This document shows positions 17,650 to 26,147 of a stretch of DNA of 64,000 nt, one piece after another. Positions within the stretch are counted from its first letter, which is position 1, and every line of letters begins with the position of its first letter. The notes below the pieces were generated by a model. That model was not told the origin of the DNA, made no database searches, and saw nothing but the letters and a program-made list of their open reading frames with translations. Made by a program: the position numbers and the translations under genes. The stretch covers positions 158,056-222,055 of IMG/VR virus record IMGVR_UViG_3300027747_002221; one strand, given 5' to 3'.

Positions 17650-18792
17650 TTAAAATAAGATTGTACCTGAGCTGGTAAATTGATAAACTCTATATCCACC
17701 ACTTACTGTTATTGTAGGTGAGCCGGTAGTTGTAGTAGCTGCTGTGTAAGTATCAGGATAACGTATAATTACTATACCTTTACCGCCTGCACCGCTTGGA
17801 CCACCGCCACCTCCGCCTCCACCGGTATTTTCTGCTCCGTCTAATATGCAGTTTGCAATGGCATTAGTTTGCCCTGGTTTTGCACCACCGCCGCCTGCGC
17901 CGCCATACCCTACTCTACGTCCTGCGCCGCCACCTGCATAATACCTACCTGTACTAGTAATTGCTACTCCTGTATTTGTAGCTGTACCGTTTACATTCAT
18001 GTAATAAATACCTGTACTACCTGTACCCGTACCTCTTGCAATTATATACGAATTAGCTGGAATTCCGGTACCAGTAACTTGTGTACCTACATCAATTATT
18101 CCATCACTAACTGCGGTTACAGTTAATGTATTATTTGAGGAAAATACTGATGCTGTTCCAGTGAAAGGAATTGTTGCATTGCTTTTTACCCCAATGCCAC
18201 CAAAGCCCTCTGTAGCGGCTGTGCCACCTTGACCACCTGCACCACCACCACCCGAACCGTTATCGTTACTATTATTTGTACCGCAATCATATCCCTGGCC
18301 GGTAGTTCCTAAACCTTGTACACCCATAATTTGGGCGGCACCTCCACCACTACCACCATTACCAACACCTTCTGTGTCATAACGGCGAGGCGAAGTGCCA
18401 GAGCTGTTTGGTCCGCCAGCGCCGCCACCAAGTGATGTAATTGTTGTTATACCACTACCAGATATGGACGAGTTACTACCTTTAAATCCGGAAGTTTCTT
18501 CACCATTTACGCTTGCACCACCTGCACCAACTGTAATAGTGTATGTTACATTTGAACTAATACCAGTTAAGACAGATTCTGCATTTGCACCTCTACCTGA
18601 AGATTCGCCGGCGATTGAAGAACGATATCCACCAGCACCACCGCCACCTGAGCCAATTGCATCATATCCTCCACCGGAGCCGCCGCCTGCAACAACTATA
18701 AATTCTAACGTAGTAGGGGGAGGAGGTGGGGGAGGAGGTATATATGTTGCGCCTCCAAATATTGTTGCTCCGCCTGTGATTGTAATTGGCAT
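17650..18792 (-). CDS. Glycine-rich domain protein with an inserted beta module
   Basis: ITITGG + P8; insertion SSNNTLTVTAVSDGIIDVGTQVTGTGIPANSYI...GTGSTGIYYMN. Confidence 0.8.
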   Translation of the reverse strand: MPITITGGATIFGGATYIPPPPPPPPTTLEFIVVAGGGSGGGYDAIGSGGGGAGGYRSSIAGESSGRGANAESVLTGISSNVTYTITVGAGGASVNGEETSGFKGSNSSISGSGITTITSLGGGAGGPNSSGTSPRRYDTEGVGNGGSGGGAAQIMGVQGLGTTGQGYDCGTNNSNDNGSGGGGAGGQGGTAATEGFGGIGVKSNATIPFTGTASVFSSNNTLTVTAVSDGIIDVGTQVTGTGIPANSYIIARGTGTGSTGIYYMNVNGTATNTGVAITSTGRYYAGGGAGRRVGYGGAGGGGAKPGQTNAIANCILDGAENTGGGGGGGGPSGAGGKGIVIIRYPDTYTAATTTTGSPTITVSGGYRVYQFTSSGTILF

Positions 18793-18804
18793 CTTATTTC
18801 CTAA

Positions 18805-19761
18805 TTAAAATGTGATTGTTCCTGAGCTGGTCCAAATATATATTCTATATCCACCTTCTATAATAACATTTGGACTGCCCGTAGTATTCGATGCGGCTGT
18901 GTATGTATCTGCATATCTAATAATAGCTACACCTTTTCCGCCGTTCCCTCCACTTGCTGATCCTGCTGGGTATGAAACTCCTCCACCACCACCGCCTGTG
19001 CCTGAAGTTCCATTTGTTCCTGGTATACTCGCGCCGGTGGCGCCTGCTCCGCCACCACCAGCTCCACCAGCTCCACCTGCGGCACTTGCTCCACCCCCAC
19101 CGCCGCCGCCGGCGAAATATACATTACTGCCAACAACATTTCCTATATTATAAGTTGTGGCTTGTGTTGTAGTAATGATTGTCGAAACTTTACCGATACC
19201 ACCCGCTTTGCCTGTAGTGCCAACGCTCGCCCCGTCCTCACCTGCAGCACCTGCTCCACCTCCGCCTCCGCCTGAATAAGCTCCGCCAGTACCACCACGA
19301 TTACCAAATCCTCCACTAGCACTAGTAGGTTGTAGTCCTGCCCCATATGTGGTATGATCGGCTCCGTTCCACGATGCTCCGCCACCTGAACCACCTGCTG
19401 TGGCATTTGTATATGGACCATAAAAACCACCCGTGCCTCCACCAATAGCTATAACATTACTCGAAGCCAAGATAGATGAGTTCGAACCATTATTGCCGCC
19501 GCCGCCGGTGCCGCTTACGCCTGTTCCACCTGCTCCAACAATTACTGTTATGAGAGACCCTATGGTAATAGGTAATGCAGTATTTGCTACATATCCTCCT
19601 GCACCACCACCACCGCACCCTAAATTAGGAGCACTTGCGCCCGAACCACCGCCAGCTACTACCAGATATTCTACTGAACTAAGTACCGGTGGAGGAGAAG
19701 GTGGAGGAGGTGTTAAATTAAATCCTGAAAGTGATACGCCGCCTGAGATTGTAATTGGCAT
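18805..19761 (-). CDS. Glycine-rich domain protein (array member)
   Basis: ITISGG + PPPPSPPP + VEYLVVAGGG. Confidence 0.8.
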   Translation of the reverse strand: MPITISGGVSLSGFNLTPPPPSPPPVLSSVEYLVVAGGGSGASAPNLGCGGGGAGGYVANTALPITIGSLITVIVGAGGTGVSGTGGGGNNGSNSSILASSNVIAIGGGTGGFYGPYTNATAGGSGGGASWNGADHTTYGAGLQPTSASGGFGNRGGTGGAYSGGGGGGAGAAGEDGASVGTTGKAGGIGKVSTIITTTQATTYNIGNVVGSNVYFAGGGGGGGASAAGGAGGAGGGGAGATGASIPGTNGTSGTGGGGGGVSYPAGSASGGNGGKGVAIIRYADTYTAASNTTGSPNVIIEGGYRIYIWTSSGTITF

Positions 19762-19769
19762 CTTATTTC

Positions 19770-19830
19770 CTACCTAAATGTAATTGTTCCAGATTGCCAG
19801 AATCTGAAAATGATGTTTTGCGTTTGCATA
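19770..19830 (-). pseudogene. 3' end remnant of a deleted glycine-rich paralogue
   Basis: Removing one A gives YANANIIFRFWQSGTITFR*, versus YANANIIYRFWQSGTIIFN* in 20769..21719. Confidence 0.75.
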
Positions 19831-19833
19831 AAT

Positions 19834-20760
19834 TTATCCAACGAATCTTATTGTGCCAGGACCAGTAAATGTATAATATACATTGCCATCTAAAGTAGTA
19901 ACAGTATTACTACCTGTAATATTAGATGTTGCGGTAAAGTACGAAGGATGTGCAAAAATAACTACCCCTGATCCTCCAGATCCTCCGGCAGTGGCTCCAC
20001 CTGCCGGATGGGAACCTGCGCCGCCACCGCCCCCAGTATTTACGTTGCCTGCAAGAGCAAGGAATGTTGTTCCCGGAGGATTTGCGCCGGATCCTCGACC
20101 GCCGCCGCCTAAACCACCAGGAGAAGGTGATAGGTTAGCAAAATTATAATCTTGCCCACCTCCTCCTCCGCCTGCATAGTAATTACCATTTATCCATGCA
20201 TTACCGTCACCACCTTGACCTTGCAAGGGACCTGTTCTTCCTGCAGTACCAGCACCACCGCCCCCACCTCCAGTTTGTCCAAGGGGTGGTCTTGAATTTG
20301 CAATTCCGCCAGGATTTCCTTGTCCAGCTGTACCTGCACCTCCAGTATTAGCTGGTCCTGAGTTGCCAGATGGATTTGCTGCTCCGCCACCCGATCCGCC
20401 AGATAGTCCATTAAAGTTAACGCCATCATTTGTACCGCCACCACCACCACCTACGGCAATAAGATTTGCACTAAATGCTGCAGAAGATAGGGTTGACGGG
20501 GTGCCACTTGCACCTGCTGCACCGCCCCCAGCACCCCCGCCCCCCAGTGTAAAATTAAAACTATACGAAGATAAGGTGGGCACCACAATACTATTGGCAA
20601 TATAGCCTCCAGCACCGCCGCCTCCAGCATAAAATGCCCCGCCGCCGCCACCCCCGCCTGCTACTAATAGATAACTTAATGTAAAGGGTGGTGGTGGCGG
20701 AGGTGGAGGGGTAAGGGTAAGCCCTGAAAATATTACACCGCCGCTAATTGTTAATGCCAT
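19834..20760 (-). CDS. Glycine-rich domain protein (array member)
   Basis: LTISGG + P8 + FTLSYLLVAGGG. Confidence 0.8.
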   Translation of the reverse strand: MALTISGGVIFSGLTLTPPPPPPPPFTLSYLLVAGGGGGGGAFYAGGGGAGGYIANSIVVPTLSSYSFNFTLGGGGAGGGAAGASGTPSTLSSAAFSANLIAVGGGGGGTNDGVNFNGLSGGSGGGAANPSGNSGPANTGGAGTAGQGNPGGIANSRPPLGQTGGGGGGAGTAGRTGPLQGQGGDGNAWINGNYYAGGGGGGQDYNFANLSPSPGGLGGGGRGSGANPPGTTFLALAGNVNTGGGGGAGSHPAGGATAGGSGGSGVVIFAHPSYFTATSNITGSNTVTTLDGNVYYTFTGPGTIRFVG

Positions 20761-20768
20761 ATTGTTTC

Positions 20769-21719
20769 CTAATTAAAAATAATTGTTCCGGATTGCCAGA
20801 ATCTGTAGATGATGTTGGCATTGGCATAGGTTACGTTTGGTGAACCTGTGGTTGTTGCAGTTGCAAATGTATTTGGATAACGAATAAACGCAATACCAGA
20901 ACCACCAGCAACACCATTAATAAATGGTGATCCGCTTGGGGAGGTTCCTCCACCGCCTGCACCACCTCCAGTATTTACGGTACCTACAGTACCCAAACCT
21001 GAGCCCACCGCCCCTGCGCCACCGCCACCTAAACCGCCTGTGCCTGCAGTTCCTCTACCGTTCCATGTGCCGCCACCACCACCGCCAGCATAATACACAT
21101 TAGCACCTGTTATTGTAGAGGGTGATCCGTCTCCGCCTGAACCAGCACCACCAGCTCCGCCAGATCCACCAACTGCTCCTGCACCACCTCCACCCCCACC
21201 TCCATAATTATTACCAGGTGAACCCGACCCACCAGGATTGCCTTGTCCAGGCGTCCCTGTTCCGGCAGCACCTGCCGTTGGAGCAGGACCATAGCCTCCA
21301 CCTCCACCTGATCCTCCAGGTTTTCCTGCATAACCAGTAGCAGAAGTTATACCGCCACCGCCACCGCCGCCAATGGCAATTACATTTGATGCATAGGATG
21401 CTGCAGTTATCGAAGTATTTGCGCCATTTGCACCTGCAAGAGTAGCTTCTACGTTAGCAGAACCTATACCTCCAGCACCACCTGCGCCAACTGTTATTGT
21501 ATATAACGTACCGGGAGTGACTGCCAATGCACTATTGGTTATTAATCCTCCTGCGCCAGCTCCAGCAACACCACCATCATTACCAACAGTGGCCCCTGAA
21601 CCACCGCCCCCCGCAACAACTAAATATTGTACTGAACTAAGTGGGACAGGTGGAGGTGGTTCAGATGCATATAACGCGCCGCCTACTAATGCCATTCCGC
21701 CTGTGATTGTAATTGACAT
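20769..21719 (-). CDS. Glycine-rich domain protein (array member)
   Basis: ITITGG..GG + EPPPPVP + VQYLVVAGGG. Confidence 0.8.
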   Translation of the reverse strand: MSITITGGMALVGGALYASEPPPPVPLSSVQYLVVAGGGGSGATVGNDGGVAGAGAGGLITNSALAVTPGTLYTITVGAGGAGGIGSANVEATLAGANGANTSITAASYASNVIAIGGGGGGGITSATGYAGKPGGSGGGGGYGPAPTAGAAGTGTPGQGNPGGSGSPGNNYGGGGGGGAGAVGGSGGAGGAGSGGDGSPSTITGANVYYAGGGGGGTWNGRGTAGTGGLGGGGAGAVGSGLGTVGTVNTGGGAGGGGTSPSGSPFINGVAGGSGIAFIRYPNTFATATTTGSPNVTYANANIIYRFWQSGTIIFN

Positions 21720-21728
21720 ATTATGTTC

Positions 21729-22646
21729 CTAACTAAATGTGATTGTTCCTGAGCTATAGAAGTTGTATACAACATTTCCACCTGAAGATGTTACAACTAC
21801 ATTAGCTCCTGTGGTATTTGCAGCAGAATATGCAGAAGGATGACGCAAAACAACTAATCCAGACCCGCCGGTTGCTCCCACCCCTCCATACGAACTAGCC
21901 CAACCGCCACCGCCACCGCCACCACCAGTATTAGTATTACCATCTATGCCGGCATTATTACTGAAATTACCAGCGCCACCGCCGCCTGTGCCACCTGTAC
22001 CTTGTGTACCTGGTCCATTTCTAGTTCCGCCTCCACCGCCGCCTGCGTAATTTAATCCAGTTATACTAGATGATGTGCCAGCTCCACCATTACCAGCAAC
22101 ACCCGGTGTTATCCCATTTGCATTTACACCTGCAGAAGCAGAGCCACCGCCACCGCCACCCAAATACGCGGGTGAAGTAGTGCCTGTGCCGCCTGCGTAT
22201 CCTTCTACCGGACTATAACTGCCTTCATTTCCTGTGCCTCCTAATGGGTGTCCTCCAGAACCACCTCCGCCGGATCCGCCATTTTGTCCCGGAAGCGTAC
22301 CTGGCCCTTGATCTGCGCCGACCCCGCCACCTCCGCCAGTAGTGGAAATACTAACCACACCGCCTATTAATGATGAATTGGCGCCTTTGCCGCCCTGTTG
22401 AAGAGCACCGGCATTGGCCTGCCCTGCAGAACCTCCGCTGCCAACAGTAATAGTATATGGGGTGCCTGGGGCAATAGTTACGGTAGATTGTCTTAATCCT
22501 CCAGCACCACCGCCTCCCCCGCTATTACCGGCACCTCCGCCCCCACCTGCAACTATTAGATAATCTATTAAACTAAGTGGGGGAAGCGGCACAAATACGG
22601 ATAGCCCGTTTGATATTGCCACTCCGCCTGTGAATATAACTGGCAT
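21729..22646 (-). CDS. Glycine-rich domain protein (array member)
   Basis: IFTGG + PLPP + IDYLIVAGGG; C-terminus nearly the same as 12345..13241. Confidence 0.8.
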   Translation of the reverse strand: MPVIFTGGVAISNGLSVFVPLPPLSLIDYLIVAGGGGGAGNSGGGGGAGGLRQSTVTIAPGTPYTITVGSGGSAGQANAGALQQGGKGANSSLIGGVVSISTTGGGGGVGADQGPGTLPGQNGGSGGGGSGGHPLGGTGNEGSYSPVEGYAGGTGTTSPAYLGGGGGGSASAGVNANGITPGVAGNGGAGTSSSITGLNYAGGGGGGTRNGPGTQGTGGTGGGGAGNFSNNAGIDGNTNTGGGGGGGGWASSYGGVGATGGSGLVVLRHPSAYSAANTTGANVVVTSSGGNVVYNFYSSGTITFS

Positions 22647-22647
22647 A

Positions 22648-23046
22648 TTATTTTCCTATTTTTATATGCGTTCTATGTACTCTGCATTGTATTTGGCCAT
22701 TATAATAATCTTCAGTTTCCAATACTCTGCGATCCATTTGTTCTCTTGCCTCAAGATAATTACAAGATCCCTTATTGGGACAAATATGTAATATCTCTCT
22801 TATAAATTTATCTGTTCCAACTGTCTCTACATCCTTTTTAACTTCTTCGGATGAGGACCAATAATCTCGCCAATCTGATTCGACCTTTATACGCTTCTTT
22901 TTGCCCTTAACCTGTTTAGTTTTACGAAACCAAAAAAGTTTTTTACCTATGTATTTCCGTCCAGTAACAGTATTTGTAATCAAATATACATAACCATACG
23001 CAGTTTCTGGTATTTCCTCAAAGGGAATATTATTATAAAGCCACAT
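22648..23046 (-). CDS. GIY-YIG endonuclease, T4 endonuclease II-like size
   Basis: GYVYLITNTVTGRKYIGKK, ESDW..Y.SS, REILHIC, YLEAREQ, YYNG; ATG 23046 after AGGTG. Confidence 0.75.
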   Translation of the reverse strand: MWLYNNIPFEEIPETAYGYVYLITNTVTGRKYIGKKLFWFRKTKQVKGKKKRIKVESDWRDYWSSSEEVKKDVETVGTDKFIREILHICPNKGSCNYLEAREQMDRRVLETEDYYNGQIQCRVHRTHIKIGK

Positions 23047-23065
23047 AAACACCTATCTAAATAAG

Positions 23066-23073
23066 TATTTATT
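23066..23073 (-). promoter_or_regulatory. Possible late promoter variant
   Basis: AATAAATA (one mismatch to TATAAATA) upstream of the endonuclease and the paralogue array. Confidence 0.4.
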
Positions 23074-23437
23074 GTTCTATAATTTCCCATATATCTCCAT
23101 CTTCGGAGTATCTGTCGGTATCCACACGGGGTGGGACTATGAAATAGTCCTCAGGATCCGTCATTACATCCTCGAGTCGCTCGGTTGCCAAACCTTTGCC
23201 CATTGTGCCAGTCTTAATGAACATGGATGTCTGTACAGATTTCTTATATCTGTGATATTCTGACTCATCCCGAGCCATATAATCTTTTTGCTTTTCAGAG
23301 AATACTTGTTTCTGTTCCTCCGACCATTGCCTTGAATTGGCACAAGCCCGGGTGCAAAATTTACCGGGCTTGTTGTGTTGTATCCCACACTTAGGACAGG
23401 TCTTCGTCGTCGTTGTCGAGATCTTCGTATTGCTCAT
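23069..23437 (-). CDS. Hypothetical protein with an N-terminal Cys4 zinc finger
   Basis: CPKCG...FCTRACAN. Confidence 0.7.
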   Translation of the reverse strand: MSNTKISTTTTKTCPKCGIQHNKPGKFCTRACANSRQWSEEQKQVFSEKQKDYMARDESEYHRYKKSVQTSMFIKTGTMGKGLATERLEDVMTDPEDYFIVPPRVDTDRYSEDGDIWEIIEQ

Positions 23438-23570
23438 CTATTTGATCTTCATCTATAGTGGCACCGCAGAATGGACAAAACCCTACATTATAATGACGTT
23501 CGTCAAGATCATGTTTTATCTTGAAGACGGCATCACATTCGATGCACTCGTGGTGTTTATTTTTTGCCAT
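23391..23570 (-). CDS. 59 aa zinc-ribbon protein with acidic tail (not in ORF track)
   Basis: MAKNKHHECIECDAVFKIKHDLDERHYNVGFCPFCGATIDEDQIDEQYEDLDNDDEDLS. Confidence 0.7.
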   Translation of the reverse strand: MAKNKHHECIECDAVFKIKHDLDERHYNVGFCPFCGATIDEDQIDEQYEDLDNDDEDLS

Positions 23571-24010
23571 GTGTCGATTCCTCTCTTCTTTGCTTCAGTT
23601 TCAAATACTCTTGTTCTTAGATCTGATGAACTAAAGTAATGATCTCGCTTGTTAAAATAAATGTCAATTTTTCTTTTCTCACAGATAACTTTGCCTGTGT
23701 ACTCAGTATCTCTATACTCTTCACCCAAGATACGAACATCAATAGGTAAAGACATAAAGATATCTTCAAGTTCTTTTTCTGTAGAATATACAATAATCTC
23801 ATCGACGTGTTTACAAGCTGCAACTTGTATTTGTCGTTCGATTATGGATTGTACGGGTTTGTTTTTACTTAACCTGTCGATTGTTGGGTCGACTTGGATT
23901 GCTGCGATTAAATGATCGCATTGTCTTTTTGCCTCTTCAAGCATGATAACATGACCAGCATGAAAGAGATCAAAAGTACTGCAAGTAATTCCTATAATTT
24001 TATTACTCAT
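23516..24010 (-). CDS. Cytidylyltransferase, glycerol-3-phosphate CT (TagD)-like
   Basis: GITCSTFDLFHAGH (HxGH), LGEEY, SSSDLR. Confidence 0.85.
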   Translation of the reverse strand: MSNKIIGITCSTFDLFHAGHVIMLEEAKRQCDHLIAAIQVDPTIDRLSKNKPVQSIIERQIQVAACKHVDEIIVYSTEKELEDIFMSLPIDVRILGEEYRDTEYTGKVICEKRKIDIYFNKRDHYFSSSDLRTRVFETEAKKRGIDTWQKINTTSASNVMPSSR

Positions 24011-24474
24011 ATTTGCTCCACTTCAATTTTACATTGATTTAAAAATTCTATACCATTAGTATTTCTATAAGGGGTACGATAGAATACTTTATTTATACCT
24101 GCCACATGAATCATTTTACTACATTCAAAACAAGGTGCATGGGTAATATACATTGTAGCGCCCTCGCCTGATTCTGTCGAACGAGCTAATTTACCTATAG
24201 CATTTGACTCAGCATGAATTACCTCAGCTTTAGTCTTTAATGTATAGTTTGCACCTTCGTATTCTTCGATGGATTGACCGACACCATAAGTAAAAGTTTC
24301 TCGTATTACATCTTCACAGTTGTTATCCCATCCCGCAGGAGTACCATTATAACCTATAGATATAACCCTATCATCTTTAGTTATAATAGCACCAACCTTT
24401 AATCTTCTCGCATAAGATAGATCTGCATATGCCTCCGCAGCCGTCATATGTGCATAATCAATTTTCTTCGGCAT
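24007..24474 (-). CDS. cd: dCMP deaminase
   Basis: RLKVGA, IGYNGTPAG, HAESNAI, THAPCFECSK. Confidence 0.9.
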   Translation of the reverse strand: MPKKIDYAHMTAAEAYADLSYARRLKVGAIITKDDRVISIGYNGTPAGWDNNCEDVIRETFTYGVGQSIEEYEGANYTLKTKAEVIHAESNAIGKLARSTESGEGATMYITHAPCFECSKMIHVAGINKVFYRTPYRNTNGIEFLNQCKIEVEQI

Positions 24475-24640
24475 TCCATTTACCTTCAGGGCATTTTTCC
24501 CATTTAATTAATGTCTTGCCCCATATGGCGCAACCGCACGAATCACAAAATTTTGCACCAATAATAATTTTTTTATGTTCACACGTATCACAAATTTGTC
24601 TGCGAACTATTACGTAGTTTGTTTTTTTATCGGAATCCAT
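24458..24640 (-). CDS. Small Cys-rich protein
   Basis: RRQICDTCEH...CDSCGC...KCPEGKW. Confidence 0.7.
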   Translation of the reverse strand: MDSDKKTNYVIVRRQICDTCEHKKIIIGAKFCDSCGCAIWGKTLIKWEKCPEGKWNAEEN

Positions 24641-24828
24641 TTTTTACACCAATAATTAGGTTTCACCTTAGCATCCCAGGTTTTACAATATTTTGTTCCT
24701 GGTACATATGCCCCACAATTTGCGCAATTTTCTTTACTATTACCTAAAGCATATGCAGGAGGTAATTTTTTATTAATTAAAGTACCATCAGGATACTTTC
24801 TTTCTCTTATCTCATCAAAATTTTTCAT
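24610..24828 (-). CDS. HiPIP-like 4-Cys protein
   Basis: ENCANCGAY-x6-C-x11-WCKKW; ATGA-coupled to nrdB. Confidence 0.6.
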   Translation of the reverse strand: MKNFDEIRERKYPDGTLINKKLPPAYALGNSKENCANCGAYVPGTKYCKTWDAKVKPNYWCKKWIPIKKQTT

Positions 24829-25808
24829 GCAGCCTTTCCCCACACATCATGCCAGTTTCCTGACAAGGCACCTTTTGCGTAGTCTGTTGCTCTGTTTTCA
24901 AAGAAATTAGTATGCGTTGGAGCATTGATCATTTCTTCAACCCATGGTAAAGGATTCTTTTTACGCTTAAAGATGCCTTTTAGTCCAAGACTAATTAGAC
25001 GTCTGTCAGCAATGTAACGAATATATTCCTTTACGTCGTTCTCTGTTAACCCTTCGATAGCGCCAGATTTGAAAGACAGTTCAATAAACTTATCTTCAAG
25101 ACTAACCATCTTCTCCGCAATCGAGTAGATCTTTTCTTTGAGAGTATCATTCCATATCTCCTTATTTTCTTCGATGTAGTTACGGAATAATTTAATCATG
25201 CCCTCGGCGTGTTGTGTCTCATCAACAATAGACCAAGTAACAATTTGTCCCATACCGCGCATCTTACCCATACGAGGGAAGTTAAGTAACATAATAAAGG
25301 AACTGAATAGTTGCATACCTTCAGTAAATGCGCTGAACACCGCAATATGTTCTGCGGTTGAAGCAATCGTACCATTCTTAGATGAAATATCAAGAACAAA
25401 GTCATGCTTATCTTTCATTTCTTGATATTCTAGAAATTGATTGTAAGTTGTTTCTGGTAATCCTAGTGTCTCAATTAAATGAGAATATGCCGCAATATGT
25501 AATGCCTCACGGGCTGCAAAACCCATAAGCATCATTCTTATTTCAGGTTGCGGAAAGTAAGGTAGATAATTTTTGACATATCCACCAGCGACATCAATAT
25601 CTCCCTGAGTAAAGAATCGGAAGATGTGCGTAAGGAATTGTTTTTCTTCATTTGATAATTTCTTTTTCCAATCTTTAACATCCTCATGCATGGGTACTTC
25701 GGTATGTAACCAATGGCTTTGTTCATGTTTTAACCATGCATCATATGCCCAGGGGTAATTAAAGGGTTTAAACGAATTTCTATCATCCGTCATTTTTGTC
25801 TTTTTCAT
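24825..25808 (-). CDS. nrdB: Ribonucleotide reductase class Ia beta subunit
   Basis: FFTQGDIDV, EALHIAAY, FTEGMQLFSSF, SIVDETQH, NFFENRATDY. Confidence 0.95.
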   Translation of the reverse strand: MKKTKMTDDRNSFKPFNYPWAYDAWLKHEQSHWLHTEVPMHEDVKDWKKKLSNEEKQFLTHIFRFFTQGDIDVAGGYVKNYLPYFPQPEIRMMLMGFAAREALHIAAYSHLIETLGLPETTYNQFLEYQEMKDKHDFVLDISSKNGTIASTAEHIAVFSAFTEGMQLFSSFIMLLNFPRMGKMRGMGQIVTWSIVDETQHAEGMIKLFRNYIEENKEIWNDTLKEKIYSIAEKMVSLEDKFIELSFKSGAIEGLTENDVKEYIRYIADRRLISLGLKGIFKRKKNPLPWVEEMINAPTHTNFFENRATDYAKGALSGNWHDVWGKAA

Positions 25809-25823
25809 TTTTGCCTATTCTTT

Positions 25824-26147
25824 TTATACAGAAAAACTACTACCACAACCACAGGTTGTTTCCGCATTTGGATTTTTTATAACAAACTGTGAGCCTTGTA
25901 TATCTTCTTTGTAATCTATGCTTGCACCTTGTAGATACTGCATGCTCATAGCATCTATTAATATTTTAGTTTTTTCGAGAGGTATTTCAAAATCATCCTC
26001 ATTCATTACCTCATCAAATGTAAACCCATAGCTCATTCCACTACAACCACCACCTTGTACAAATGTCCTTAAACATAAATCGGGATTACCCTCTTCTATA
26101 AAAAGATCTAAAATTTTTGTCTTTGCTGATTCTGTTATGGTTATCAT
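25824..26147 (-). CDS. erpA: Fe-S cluster insertion protein, ErpA-like
   Basis: [26 protein letters not shown] ... [12 protein letters not shown]. Confidence 0.85.
   Translation of the reverse strand: MITITESAKTKILDLFIEEGNPDLCLRTFVQGGGCSGMSYGFTFDEVMNEDDFEIPLEKTKILIDAMSMQYLQGASIDYKEDIQGSQFVIKNPNAETTCGCGSSFSV

Noticed and set aside
16696-19975. Near-identical 3' ends of two paralogues as a DGR template/variable pair
   Set aside because: Mismatches are mixed rather than adenine-specific, both copies are coding, and no reverse transcriptase is in the window.
16745-21732. Many plus-strand ORFs rich in PPPP/APP
   Set aside because: They are antisense shadows of the polyglycine genes, with no RBS or promoter support.
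15247-22646. Shufflon-like invertible cassette
   Set aside because: All members are complete genes in the same orientation; no inverted sites or recombinase seen.
22648-23046. GIY-YIG gene as a mobile homing endonuclease
   Set aside because: Short, with no NUMOD or HTH DNA-binding tail and no intron context; more like a resident endonuclease II-type gene.
23342-23373. 10 bp perfect inverted repeat ACAAGCCCGG...CCGGGCTTGT
   Set aside because: Lies inside the zinc-finger coding sequence, has no U-tract and occurs once; no function can be supported.
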